Positions 20,501 through 28,565 of a stretch of 33,446 nucleotides of DNA are shown in pieces. The notes below the pieces were generated by a model. That model saw only the letters and a list, made by a program, of their open reading frames with translations. It had not been told where the DNA came from and searched no databases. Within the stretch, counting starts at the first letter, position 1, and the number at the start of each line of letters is the position of its first letter. The stretch comes from an uncultured bacterium (GTDB taxonomy: Bacteria > SAR324 > NAC60-12): the NCBI GenBank assembly GCA_964010765.1, contig CAXGMD010000035.1, positions 1-33,446 of the forward strand. Reading direction: 5' to 3'. Both the position numbers and the translations under genes were made by a program.

Positions 20501-21010
20501 ATGACAGACAAATTTCAGGATAAATCTCAGGTCATTGAAGCTGAGTTAACCCCACAAGACGAAGAATTTCTCAAAGAAATCAATCAGCATATTCTAACAT
20601 TCCTTGAGAAAGACGAAGAAATTTTAGAATTTGACCCGATGAACTCTTACCAACGTAGGCTCGTACATCAGATGGGCTCGTTATATCAACTCAGTAGTAA
20701 ATCTGTGGGTAGCCGAGATGAGCGCTATGTCTGTTTGCTGAAATCACAGTCGCTTGGAGAAATTCTGGCTGCACCAGAAAAACCAGAAGTATCCCCGGAA
20801 CCAGCTCAACGGAGTGGAGTGATGATTGATAGAGGCAATGAAATCTTTTATTGCCGTCCAGGTCAGAAGATTGTTTTGAGAGTTGATGGTAGCTTCGGAG
20901 TTCCAACTTCAGATAACACCATGAAAGTGTTGGATGAGAGAGAGATGGACAACGGTATGTTTCGAATTCAACGCAACCACTTGATTTGCCCTCAGGATGA
21001 GCAGTGGTGA
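20501..21010 (+). CDS. R3H-domain (single-stranded nucleic-acid-binding) protein with unknown C-terminal domain
   Basis: LEFDPMNSYQRRLVHQMG...SKSVGSRDERYV is a canonical R3H (RxxxH) motif. Confidence 0.8.
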   Translation: MTDKFQDKSQVIEAELTPQDEEFLKEINQHILTFLEKDEEILEFDPMNSYQRRLVHQMGSLYQLSSKSVGSRDERYVCLLKSQSLGEILAAPEKPEVSPEPAQRSGVMIDRGNEIFYCRPGQKIVLRVDGSFGVPTSDNTMKVLDEREMDNGMFRIQRNHLICPQDEQW

Positions 21011-21401
21011 GAACTGGAAGGAATGGTCAAACTTTGGTTTGGCCTACTTAGGCGACGCTATATATGAACTTTGGTGTCGACAATATGCTTTGCAGAGAAG
21101 CCAAAATGCCAGCCAGGTGCATCAGTGGGTAGTAGAGTTAGTTCGCTGTCAAACACAATCAAAGCTGGCGTCTCTTTGGTCCGGAATGCTGAGTGAGGAA
21201 GAACTCCAGGTTTTTCAACGTGGGAAGAATCAAAAACCACAAACACGCCCTAAGCACGCAACGGTTGAGGAATATCGGATGGCGACAGGCTTTGAATGTG
21301 TTATCGGTTATTGGCATCTCGAACAACGTGACAGACTGAACGAGATGATGCATCTTCCGGAATCCAGAAAATTGATTGAGGCACACACTGCAGAAATCTA
21401 A
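20997..21401 (+). CDS. mrnC: Mini-ribonuclease III
   Basis: LAYLGDAIYELWCR, EEELQVFQRGKN, YRMATGFECVIGY. 134 aa, no dsRNA-binding domain. Confidence 0.88.
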   Translation: MSSGENWKEWSNFGLAYLGDAIYELWCRQYALQRSQNASQVHQWVVELVRCQTQSKLASLWSGMLSEEELQVFQRGKNQKPQTRPKHATVEEYRMATGFECVIGYWHLEQRDRLNEMMHLPESRKLIEAHTAEI

Positions 21402-21668
21402 ATGAACGTTTACTTGACTGCATTATTATTTATTTTGACGATTGTGGTGGTGACTTTCCCACTTTTTTTCAGCCGAATCCAACGGCATGAACTGCAGAAA
21501 GCTGAAGCAGATCTAGACACCAGTGAATCTGACGCACTATTGAGTGCTCTCAGCGAATTGGAGGACGATTTTCAATTAGGACGGGTAAACAAAGACGAAT
21601 ACCAGCAGCAAAAAATTCGCCTACAACGTCAATATTTGAAGCTTAAAGAAACCCCCGAAAACGGATGA
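21402..21668 (+). CDS. Small membrane-anchored protein with short helical C-terminal domain (resembles CcmI N-terminus / SHOCT-like)
   Basis: One TM, then LSELEDDFQLGRVNKDEYQQQK. Starts directly after the mrnC stop (TAAATG). Confidence 0.6.
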   Translation: MNVYLTALLFILTIVVVTFPLFFSRIQRHELQKAEADLDTSESDALLSALSELEDDFQLGRVNKDEYQQQKIRLQRQYLKLKETPENG

Positions 21669-22279
21669 CGAGCCAGCTTCTGAAAAACTTGCACCGACCC
21701 TACGCTCTACCTAATTCAAGACAGAAGCGGGGAAAACAAACTCAAAATGCCAAGGAACGCGTCCTTTACATCTGGGGCTTGTTCAGCCCCCCCAAACCCT
21801 CCGCCGTTCAGGCCAAACAAGCAGACACGGAGATTCGTACCATCTCCATGATGGGTCTCCTGATAGGTTTTCTACTGATTATGACTTTGGTAGGAGTGGT
21901 CGGTGATTACGGTGTGCTCGCCACCTCAAGACTCAATGACCAAGATTTCCGCTTGCGTCATGAAATGCAGGAAATGCGAGTTCAGGAGCAAGAACTGCTG
22001 GCCGAAGTCCAAGCGCTACGAACAAGCTCCGAATACATCGATTTTCTAGCTCGGCGTGATTTGGGATTAGTCAAATTGGATGAGTTGATATACTACTTAC
22101 CCGAACAGATCTCTCTGCCAAGAGAATCCTCCTACTTGGTCTTTCCCTCTAGTCAACATCCCCGTCGTCAAGTGGAGCGAGTTTTAGAACCCTTACCCCC
22201 TTTGGCAGAGAATCGACCGGAAGCTCTGTTATCCACAAGTAATACAAACTCTCCCTTGAATGGGGAAGCTTCACAGTAA
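21665..22279 (+). CDS. ftsB: FtsB/DivIC septum formation initiator family protein
   Basis: TM followed by GDYG, coiled coil and EYIDFLARRDLGLVKLDELIY. True start uncertain. Confidence 0.75.
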   Translation: MTSQLLKNLHRPYALPNSRQKRGKQTQNAKERVLYIWGLFSPPKPSAVQAKQADTEIRTISMMGLLIGFLLIMTLVGVVGDYGVLATSRLNDQDFRLRHEMQEMRVQEQELLAEVQALRTSSEYIDFLARRDLGLVKLDELIYYLPEQISLPRESSYLVFPSSQHPRRQVERVLEPLPPLAENRPEALLSTSNTNSPLNGEASQ

Positions 22280-22899
22280 GCTAGTAATTTTTTCAAATTC
22301 CCTCTGAGAACTCTCTCGTCTGGATAACTGAGTCTTACGCAAAGACTTGCAGGTTGCCACCCCCCCAACTCTCCTGAAACGTCCTTCAACAACGGGATCA
22401 AGCGGTACGGGGCCTCATAGATTACCAATGTGGTCTGCCAAAGTCTCAGGCTTTGTAAAGCCTTTCGACGAAGCTCTGGCTTGCGGGGAAGAAATCCAGC
22501 ACAATAAAAGTCCTGACAAGGTAAGCCACTGACAACTAACGCTGTCATCAGCGAAGAAGGCCCGGGTAAAGACACAATTTCACCCTGGCTTGCGATGATA
22601 GCTTGGATCAAGCGATAACCAGGATCTGCAAAAACTGGAGTGCCTGCATCAGAAATTAAAGCGAGCTGTTTGCCATCTTTCAGCAAATCCAGTAAATCTC
22701 TGATCTGCTCTGACTCATTGTGTTCGTTGAGAGTTCTTAGATTTTGTTGAATTCCGTGATGCTTGAGAAAACGACTGCCAACCTTCCGTTCTTCACAAAT
22801 CACTTCATCGACAGTTTTAAGAACTTCCAGTGCCCGTAAAGTAATATCACCAGCATTTCCAATTGGAGTTGGGACGAGAAAGAGTTTGCCTATGGACAT
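22168..22899 (-). CDS. rsmI: 16S rRNA (C1402 2'-O)-methyltransferase
   Basis: GKLFLVPTPIGN..DITLRAL, LISDAGTP..DPG, GFLP, YEAPYR, KGEFVL. Start placed at MSIGKL (22899). Confidence 0.92.
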   Translation of the reverse strand: MSIGKLFLVPTPIGNAGDITLRALEVLKTVDEVICEERKVGSRFLKHHGIQQNLRTLNEHNESEQIRDLLDLLKDGKQLALISDAGTPVFADPGYRLIQAIIASQGEIVSLPGPSSLMTALVVSGLPCQDFYCAGFLPRKPELRRKALQSLRLWQTTLVIYEAPYRLIPLLKDVSGELGGWQPASLCVRLSYPDERVLRGNLKKLLAYCEASPFKGEFVLLVDNRASGRFSAKGGKGSKTRST

Positions 22900-23548
22900 A
22901 AGATCTAATTCACCAATGGCTTTGATAGTGGGCAACGGAGAGACGCCTTCTCAAACCTTATTGGATCAGTTTTGGGACAAAGTAGACTTGAGGATCGGAG
23001 CGGATGGTGGTGCAAATCGATTATTGTCGTTAGGGCTAAAACCAGATTTTGTAGTCGGAGATCTGGATTCACTTACTGAAGCAAATCAAAAGCAATTTCA
23101 AGCTTCCCAGTTGCATCTGATCGCTGATCAAGAGACCAACGATGTGTCAAAGGTTCTTGAATTTTGTCATCAACGAGGGATCAAGGGCGTTCATCTCTTG
23201 GGGATGCAAGGGAGCCGGACAGATCATTTCATGGCCTGCCTGGACGCTTGCTTTGGCTTCAAAAATCTGCTGGAAATCAGCCTGTGGAATGAGGCTGAAC
23301 GGATGGATTTTTCGACGGGGCGATGGTCTGCCAATCTTCCTGTAGGCACCACTGTTTCTCTGATCCCAGCTTTTGGACCTGTGACTGAAATTACTAGTTG
23401 GGGCTTGGATTATGCCCTAGCTGGTCGAAGTCTGTGTCCTGGTCAGCCACCGTCTGGTGTTTCCAACCTGAGTGTTCAACCGAATGTTCGAATCGAATTT
23501 TCTGAGGGCATCTTGCTAGTTGTTACTCAACGAAAACGAATCGAGTAA
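22892..23548 (+). CDS. thiN: Thiamine diphosphokinase
   Basis: ALIVGNG, GADGGAN, PDFVVGDLDS, DQETND, GSRTDH, GVSN. Start is ATG 22892 or 22916. Confidence 0.88.
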   Translation: MDIRSNSPMALIVGNGETPSQTLLDQFWDKVDLRIGADGGANRLLSLGLKPDFVVGDLDSLTEANQKQFQASQLHLIADQETNDVSKVLEFCHQRGIKGVHLLGMQGSRTDHFMACLDACFGFKNLLEISLWNEAERMDFSTGRWSANLPVGTTVSLIPAFGPVTEITSWGLDYALAGRSLCPGQPPSGVSNLSVQPNVRIEFSEGILLVVTQRKRIE

Positions 23549-23576
23549 AATGGGTATGAGATTTCAAGGTAGGTTC

Positions 23577-24770
23577 CTACGAATTTAGAGAGAGTCGCTG
23601 CCTTGTTTTGCGAACAAAATCGACTAAAAAGACCAAGAATACCCCACCAAACAACCCTACAACCAACGAGAGTGCTAGAATCAATCGAGCATTGGGCTTA
23701 CTAGGATTTTCAGGAGGAATGGCCCGATCAATGATTCGAACCAGAGGTTGTTGGCCAGACTGCAATAGTTCCAACCGTGATTGATTTTGAGCAAATTGAA
23801 TTCTCAATTTTGAAATTCCCTCTGATTCTCGACCATCTCCAATTGACTGGCTATCTCTCTGTTTATTGAGTTCAGCTAGTTTTGCCTCCAATACTCCGAT
23901 TTCTGCTTTCATGCCCGCTATGCTTGCTGCATTAGGCTGTGTCTTTTCAAATACACCCAACTCAATTTGGCGATCAATCAAGCGCTGCTGAAGATTTTCC
24001 AGAACTAAAGGACTGACAGAGAGTGAATTCCCCATTTCTGCCGATTTCACTTCAATTGATTTTTCTGTTCCCAATTGCCTCAAGGATTGGCCCAGACTAT
24101 CCAATTCACGCTGCAAATCAATAATTTCTTGAGAGAGCAAGTAATCGTTGGCCCAACGCAATCCGTCATTAGCCAGGCTTGTTGCCAGTTCCGGATTGTG
24201 GAATTGGACTGTTAGTGATTTCAGTCCAGAGGATTTTTCGGCTTGAAATTCAAAGGTAGGATTTTTGTTACTTCCGGTCAGTAAGGCAGCTGCAAATTCA
24301 TCTGGGGAGAGTGAATCATTCGGTAAGTCGTAGGTATCCGTCGTAGGATCATATAGATCTGCTAGAATCAGAGAGGTCAAGCCTGTGCGATCAAGGAAAA
24401 AAGAGACAAACTCAATTTTTTGGAAAAGCCTGATTGTGCGCTGATTGAGGAATTCCTCTTCCAGATCGACTATTCTACCTTCATCATTCTTTTGCTGAAG
24501 GTTGACCGGATTTAAGGGGATAACTTCGTAAGAAACTCTGACTACATAGGTTTTCGGATTCAACTCCAAATAAGACCAAGTACCAAGAAAAGCAATCAGG
24601 AAGCTAGCTAAAAGTATCCACCAATTTCGCTTCAAACTAAGTTGCAACTCTGAGAGATAGAAGTTGATACCCTTGGAATTTTGAGGATGGTATGGATGAG
24701 GAAATTGGGTGACGTTGGAGCTGGTGTTCAAATCTTTGAACTGATCATTTTCTTGTTGCTCCGATGACAT
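23577..24770 (-). CDS. Wzz/GumC-like polysaccharide chain-length determinant, no kinase domain
   Basis: TM - periplasmic coiled coil - IIDRAIPPENPSKPN - Gly-rich TM, the polysaccharide co-polymerase architecture. Confidence 0.75.
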   Translation of the reverse strand: MSSEQQENDQFKDLNTSSNVTQFPHPYHPQNSKGINFYLSELQLSLKRNWWILLASFLIAFLGTWSYLELNPKTYVVRVSYEVIPLNPVNLQQKNDEGRIVDLEEEFLNQRTIRLFQKIEFVSFFLDRTGLTSLILADLYDPTTDTYDLPNDSLSPDEFAAALLTGSNKNPTFEFQAEKSSGLKSLTVQFHNPELATSLANDGLRWANDYLLSQEIIDLQRELDSLGQSLRQLGTEKSIEVKSAEMGNSLSVSPLVLENLQQRLIDRQIELGVFEKTQPNAASIAGMKAEIGVLEAKLAELNKQRDSQSIGDGRESEGISKLRIQFAQNQSRLELLQSGQQPLVRIIDRAIPPENPSKPNARLILALSLVVGLFGGVFLVFLVDFVRKTRQRLSLNS

Positions 24771-24794
24771 ATTGAATGACTGAACCTAGAATTT

Positions 24795-26030
24795 CTATTG
24801 ACGAGGTCCAACTTGAATAATGATTCGATGGTAACGCTTTTTTCCAGCCCTCAACAATACTTCGCCCTCAACAAAATGCTCAACAGTCAAAGTAGCGTCT
24901 AATTCTTCAAGTCGTTCCTGATTCAAGTAAAGACCGCCTTGCTGCAGTAACCGTCTGGCTTCACTACGACTTGGGCACATTCCTACTTCCACAAATAAAT
25001 CTAACAGTGGGATACCTTCTGTTAGTCTTGCTCGGGTAATCTCAGTTGCAGGAACTTGGCTCCGATCTCCACCTCTCCCAAAAACTGCTTGAGCACCCTT
25101 TTCTGCTTTTCGCGCTTCTTCTTCACCGTGTGCCAAACTTGTGGTCTCAAAAGCCAACACTGCTTTGGCTTTGCGAATATCTGCCCCCTCCAACTGCTCC
25201 AATTCCTGAATCTGGTCTTGTGGTAAATAAGTAAAAAGTCTTAAGCACTTAGCTACATCAGCATCGTCAAGATTGACCCAGTACTGGTAGTATTCGTAGG
25301 GTGAAGTTCTTGTTGGATCCAACCAGATAGCTCCAGATTCAGTCTTACCCATCTTATTACCACTGGCAGTAGTCAACAATGGATACGTAAAACCGAATGC
25401 ATAGTGCTGGTCGACCCGTCGAATCAGGTCCACCCCAGAGATAATATTCGCCCATTGATCATCACCCCCAAGTTGTAGGGTGCAGCCGTAACGTCGCTTC
25501 AATTCTAGGAAGTCGTAAGCTTGCAGGAGTTGGTAATTGAACTCTAGAAAAGAGAGGCCTGTTTCCAGACGAGCCTTGTAGGTTTCGAACGAAAGCATCC
25601 GATTGACTGAGAAATGGCGACCAATGTCACGAAGGAAATCCAGATAGTTTAGATCCCGCAGCCATTCTGAATTGTTAATCTGTAGATTTTCTTCATCAAA
25701 TCTGAGAAAGCGTCCAAATTGAGGACGAATGGCTTCGATATTTTGCTGAAGTTGCTCTTCTGTGAGCATCTTGCGCATCTCAGTTTTCCCACTCGGATCT
25801 CCTACCATCGCAGTCCCACCACCCATCAGAGCAATGATTCGATGTCCGTAGCGTTGCAAGTGGGCTAATCCCATGATCGGAATCAGATGACCCACATGCA
25901 GTGAATCAGCAGTTGGATCAAATCCACAGTAGGCACAGATGGATTGTTGATCCATCCTTGATGCCAACTCCTCTGGATGGGTTTGCTGCTGGCAGAAACC
26001 CCGCCATTCAAATTCTTTCAGGACGCTCAA
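24795..26030 (-). CDS. tyrS: Tyrosine--tRNA ligase
   Basis: YCGFDPTADSLHVGH, EFNYQLLQAYDF, GGDDQW, KMGKT, C-terminal S4 domain. Confidence 0.97.
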   Translation of the reverse strand: MSVLKEFEWRGFCQQQTHPEELASRMDQQSICAYCGFDPTADSLHVGHLIPIMGLAHLQRYGHRIIALMGGGTAMVGDPSGKTEMRKMLTEEQLQQNIEAIRPQFGRFLRFDEENLQINNSEWLRDLNYLDFLRDIGRHFSVNRMLSFETYKARLETGLSFLEFNYQLLQAYDFLELKRRYGCTLQLGGDDQWANIISGVDLIRRVDQHYAFGFTYPLLTTASGNKMGKTESGAIWLDPTRTSPYEYYQYWVNLDDADVAKCLRLFTYLPQDQIQELEQLEGADIRKAKAVLAFETTSLAHGEEEARKAEKGAQAVFGRGGDRSQVPATEITRARLTEGIPLLDLFVEVGMCPSRSEARRLLQQGGLYLNQERLEELDATLTVEHFVEGEVLLRAGKKRYHRIIIQVGPRQ

Positions 26031-26086
26031 GGCTGGAACTCGCTAGATACTGCAGAAATAAGGGGGATCAAGAATGTAGGAATTTT

Positions 26087-26539
26087 TCAGAAGCTCGCTG
26101 TACCCGAACAGACTTCGTCACAGGTCACAGATTCATGACCACATTCGGCCACAAAAAACTGACCGTTGTAACATTCACATTGCCCACTCCAACGGAAGTC
26201 GATCTTCACGTCACCAGAGGCTATTTCGTAAGGAAAATTGTAGACGTTATCTTCACAAATAGAGCGTTGTCGCCATTGATTGGCAGTCTGAGTTGGAGGT
26301 GGTATGAAGCGAGAGGGAGCGCTGGTCATTTGACAACTCTGCAGGCAATCATTGTAGACTTCAAAGCAGGTATCCCCCTGAAGGAATCCCCCAAGTTCTC
26401 GGCATTGAGGAAAGCCGTATTGAGGATGCTCCACCACGCATCGTTCCAAGCAAGAACTTTCAACTGCGCTTATAGTTGGTGCAGCCAAGCTCATCAACCC
26501 GATTGCCACAGTCAAGATTCCCCACCATAACTTAGTCAT
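26087..26539 (-). CDS. Secreted cysteine-rich hypothetical protein (12 Cys)
   Basis: ATG at 26539 overlaps the recR stop (ATGACTAA) behind an AGGAGAGG RBS. Signal-peptide-like N-terminus; two 6-Cys halves. Confidence 0.65.
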   Translation of the reverse strand: MTKLWWGILTVAIGLMSLAAPTISAVESSCLERCVVEHPQYGFPQCRELGGFLQGDTCFEVYNDCLQSCQMTSAPSRFIPPPTQTANQWRQRSICEDNVYNFPYEIASGDVKIDFRWSGQCECYNGQFFVAECGHESVTCDEVCSGTASF

Positions 26540-27140
26540 GCCAACCTCTCCTTCCAGAAAACGCTTCTTGTAAGGTGATTTCGTCCACATATTCCAAGTC
26601 TCCTCCTGCTGGCAAGCCTCGGGCAAGCCTCGTGATCTGAGGTACTAAATCTGCTAACTCGGACTGCAAAAATCCAGCCGTGGCTTCACCCTGTACTGTC
26701 GGGTTAGTTGCCAGAATCAGCTCGTCTGCTCCATCTTTTTCCAACCTTTTACGGAGGCTGCGAATTTGCAGTTGGTCCGGTCCAATTCCTTCCAGTGGAG
26801 ACAGGGCACCCAGCAACACATGATAAACGCCCTGATAGACCCTGCTTCGTTCGATTTGGAAGACGTTGTTGGGCTGCTCTACCACACAGATCAGCCGCTT
26901 ATTCCTCATTTGATTACTGCAAACCGAGCAAGTCCCGAGGTCTGTGAAGCCATGACAGATGTTACAGTGATGGATTCTTTCCTTCACCTGTCGAATGGCT
27001 TCCGCCAGATTCGCTGCTTCTTCTGGTGTGTACCGAAGTATCCCAAAAGCGAGCCGGAGCGCAGTCTTCCTGCCGATCCCGGGTAATCGCGACAACTCAC
27101 GTGACAAACGATCCAACGACTCTGGATACTGCATGCTCAC
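26532..27140 (-). CDS. recR: Recombination mediator RecR
   Basis: LPGIGRKTALRL HhH, C4 zinc finger, YHVLLGALSPLEGIGP, Toprim LATNPTVQGEATA. Confidence 0.97.
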   Translation of the reverse strand: MSMQYPESLDRLSRELSRLPGIGRKTALRLAFGILRYTPEEAANLAEAIRQVKERIHHCNICHGFTDLGTCSVCSNQMRNKRLICVVEQPNNVFQIERSRVYQGVYHVLLGALSPLEGIGPDQLQIRSLRKRLEKDGADELILATNPTVQGEATAGFLQSELADLVPQITRLARGLPAGGDLEYVDEITLQEAFSGRRGWHD

Positions 27141-27637
27141 TTTTTATCAGTGAACAGCTGATGACCTTGCCGAGCGGCTGTGATTTCTAGTCCAAGGGGT
27201 TCACTTACGGTGATTTCGACACCCTGAGCTTTTGGATCCCATTGATCTGGGTAGTTATTCAAGCGTTCTGAAGTCATATTTTGCAAGCGTTGTTGATACT
27301 CTTCTTCACGAGCTCGGAGTTGCTTGATCATCGACTTCATCCCTCCCCCAACAAACTTCATCACTTTTGACGACTTTTGTTTCTCCTCGAGTTCATCTAG
27401 CTTGTCGAGATTTCTTTGAGAGATAGTGAACTCAGCGCGGATGTCGATCGGGATTTCTTCTTCCTCGACAAGTGTTCCACACTTATGAACGCGCCCTCCA
27501 GGCATCCGCAATTCGGTATACTCTATCGTGTTGCACTTTGGACAATGTAGCCAAATCAACCACCCCTCAATTTGACGACTCTCCTCCTTTGCTTTTCGAT
27601 CTGCCAACCTTTCAGCGAAATTGATCACCTTGCTCAT
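27137..27637 (-). CDS. Hypothetical protein with CxxC...HxC putative Zn-ribbon and coiled coil
   Basis: 166 aa with CPKC and HKCG; 4-bp overlaps with both neighbours. Confidence 0.65.
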   Translation of the reverse strand: MSKVINFAERLADRKAKEESRQIEGWLIWLHCPKCNTIEYTELRMPGGRVHKCGTLVEEEEIPIDIRAEFTISQRNLDKLDELEEKQKSSKVMKFVGGGMKSMIKQLRAREEEYQQRLQNMTSERLNNYPDQWDPKAQGVEITVSEPLGLEITAARQGHQLFTDKK

Positions 27638-28011
27638 TCAAACCCCATCAGCGTCTTGGAGAGAGTCCCTGCATCAAAAGGTTTGAGAATGTGACCACTG
27701 ATTCCCGCTGCCTTTCCCATGGCAAGCTGATCGTCCAGCGGGTCCATCAGCATCAGGAGAATTGGCAGAGATTTTTTTGAATGAGTTTCACGGATTTGCT
27801 TGACGAGGTCCACACCTCGCGCACCATCCATATACCAATCAACCAGTACCAAATGATATTGATAGCGCTCCAGCAACTTGATCGCCTCGTCAGGGTCTTT
27901 CGCTTCGTTACAAAGTTCTGTACCCAGATCTCTCAGTGTCTGGCGAATCATCCTGCGAGAAGTGTTGAAGTCATCCACGATCAAAACACGTGTTTCTTCT
28001 CCGATTTCCAT
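27634..28011 (-). CDS. CheY-like single-domain response regulator (atypical)
   Basis: VLIVDDF, phospho-site LVDWYM, KPF; the Thr/Ser switch residue is absent. Confidence 0.85.
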   Translation of the reverse strand: MEIGEETRVLIVDDFNTSRRMIRQTLRDLGTELCNEAKDPDEAIKLLERYQYHLVLVDWYMDGARGVDLVKQIRETHSKKSLPILLMLMDPLDDQLAMGKAAGISGHILKPFDAGTLSKTLMGFE

Positions 28012-28100
28012 CAGGGAACCTCATCGAACAGGTAGGGAGAGAGGAGTTTGTTCAAGGAAATTAGAAATTTTCAAAGCAGGATTGGGACCGTGACGGCAAT

Positions 28101-28565
28101 TCAATCGTTTGCGAGAGCGAGAATTAGCTGAAATTCTGCTTCGGTAACAGGTTGAACGGAGAGACGCATCCCCTTGCGCAAGAGGAACATCTCGTTCAGT
28201 TCAGGAATACTTCGCAACTCTTTCAAGGTTACAGGCCGAGAGAATTCGCTCTCAAACTGAACATCTACCATCAGCCAGCGAGGATTTTCTGGAGTGCTTT
28301 TCTCATCAAAGTATTTACTCGTGGGATCCCAGGAAGTGTGATCCGGGTAAGCTTCACGAACAACTTTTGCAGTACCAACAATCGCAGGCTCAGCTTGACG
28401 ACTGTGATAGAAGAAAGCTCGATCACCCACTTGCATCTCATCACGCATCAGATTGCGCGCTTGGTAGTTACGGATCCCGTCCCAGTGCTCCGTCTGATTC
28501 GGACAGTTTTTCAGATCTTCCAGTGAGAAAACATCAGGCTCACTCTTCAGTAACCAGTACTTCAT
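28101..28565 (-). CDS. EVE-domain protein
   Basis: YWLLKSEP..FS, WDGIRNYQARN, FFYHS, RLSVQPV. Confidence 0.93.
   Translation of the reverse strand: MKYWLLKSEPDVFSLEDLKNCPNQTEHWDGIRNYQARNLMRDEMQVGDRAFFYHSRQAEPAIVGTAKVVREAYPDHTSWDPTSKYFDEKSTPENPRWLMVDVQFESEFSRPVTLKELRSIPELNEMFLLRKGMRLSVQPVTEAEFQLILALAND

Noticed and set aside
20295..20504. 69 aa ORF upstream of the R3H gene
   Set aside because: TTG start, no motif, and it fills the divergent promoter region; unsupported despite the 4-bp overlap with the R3H gene.
25901..26530. 209 aa plus-strand ORF
   Set aside because: Overlaps the tyrS 5' end and is antisense to the Cys-rich gene, which has an RBS, signal peptide and coupling to recR. No recognisable motif.
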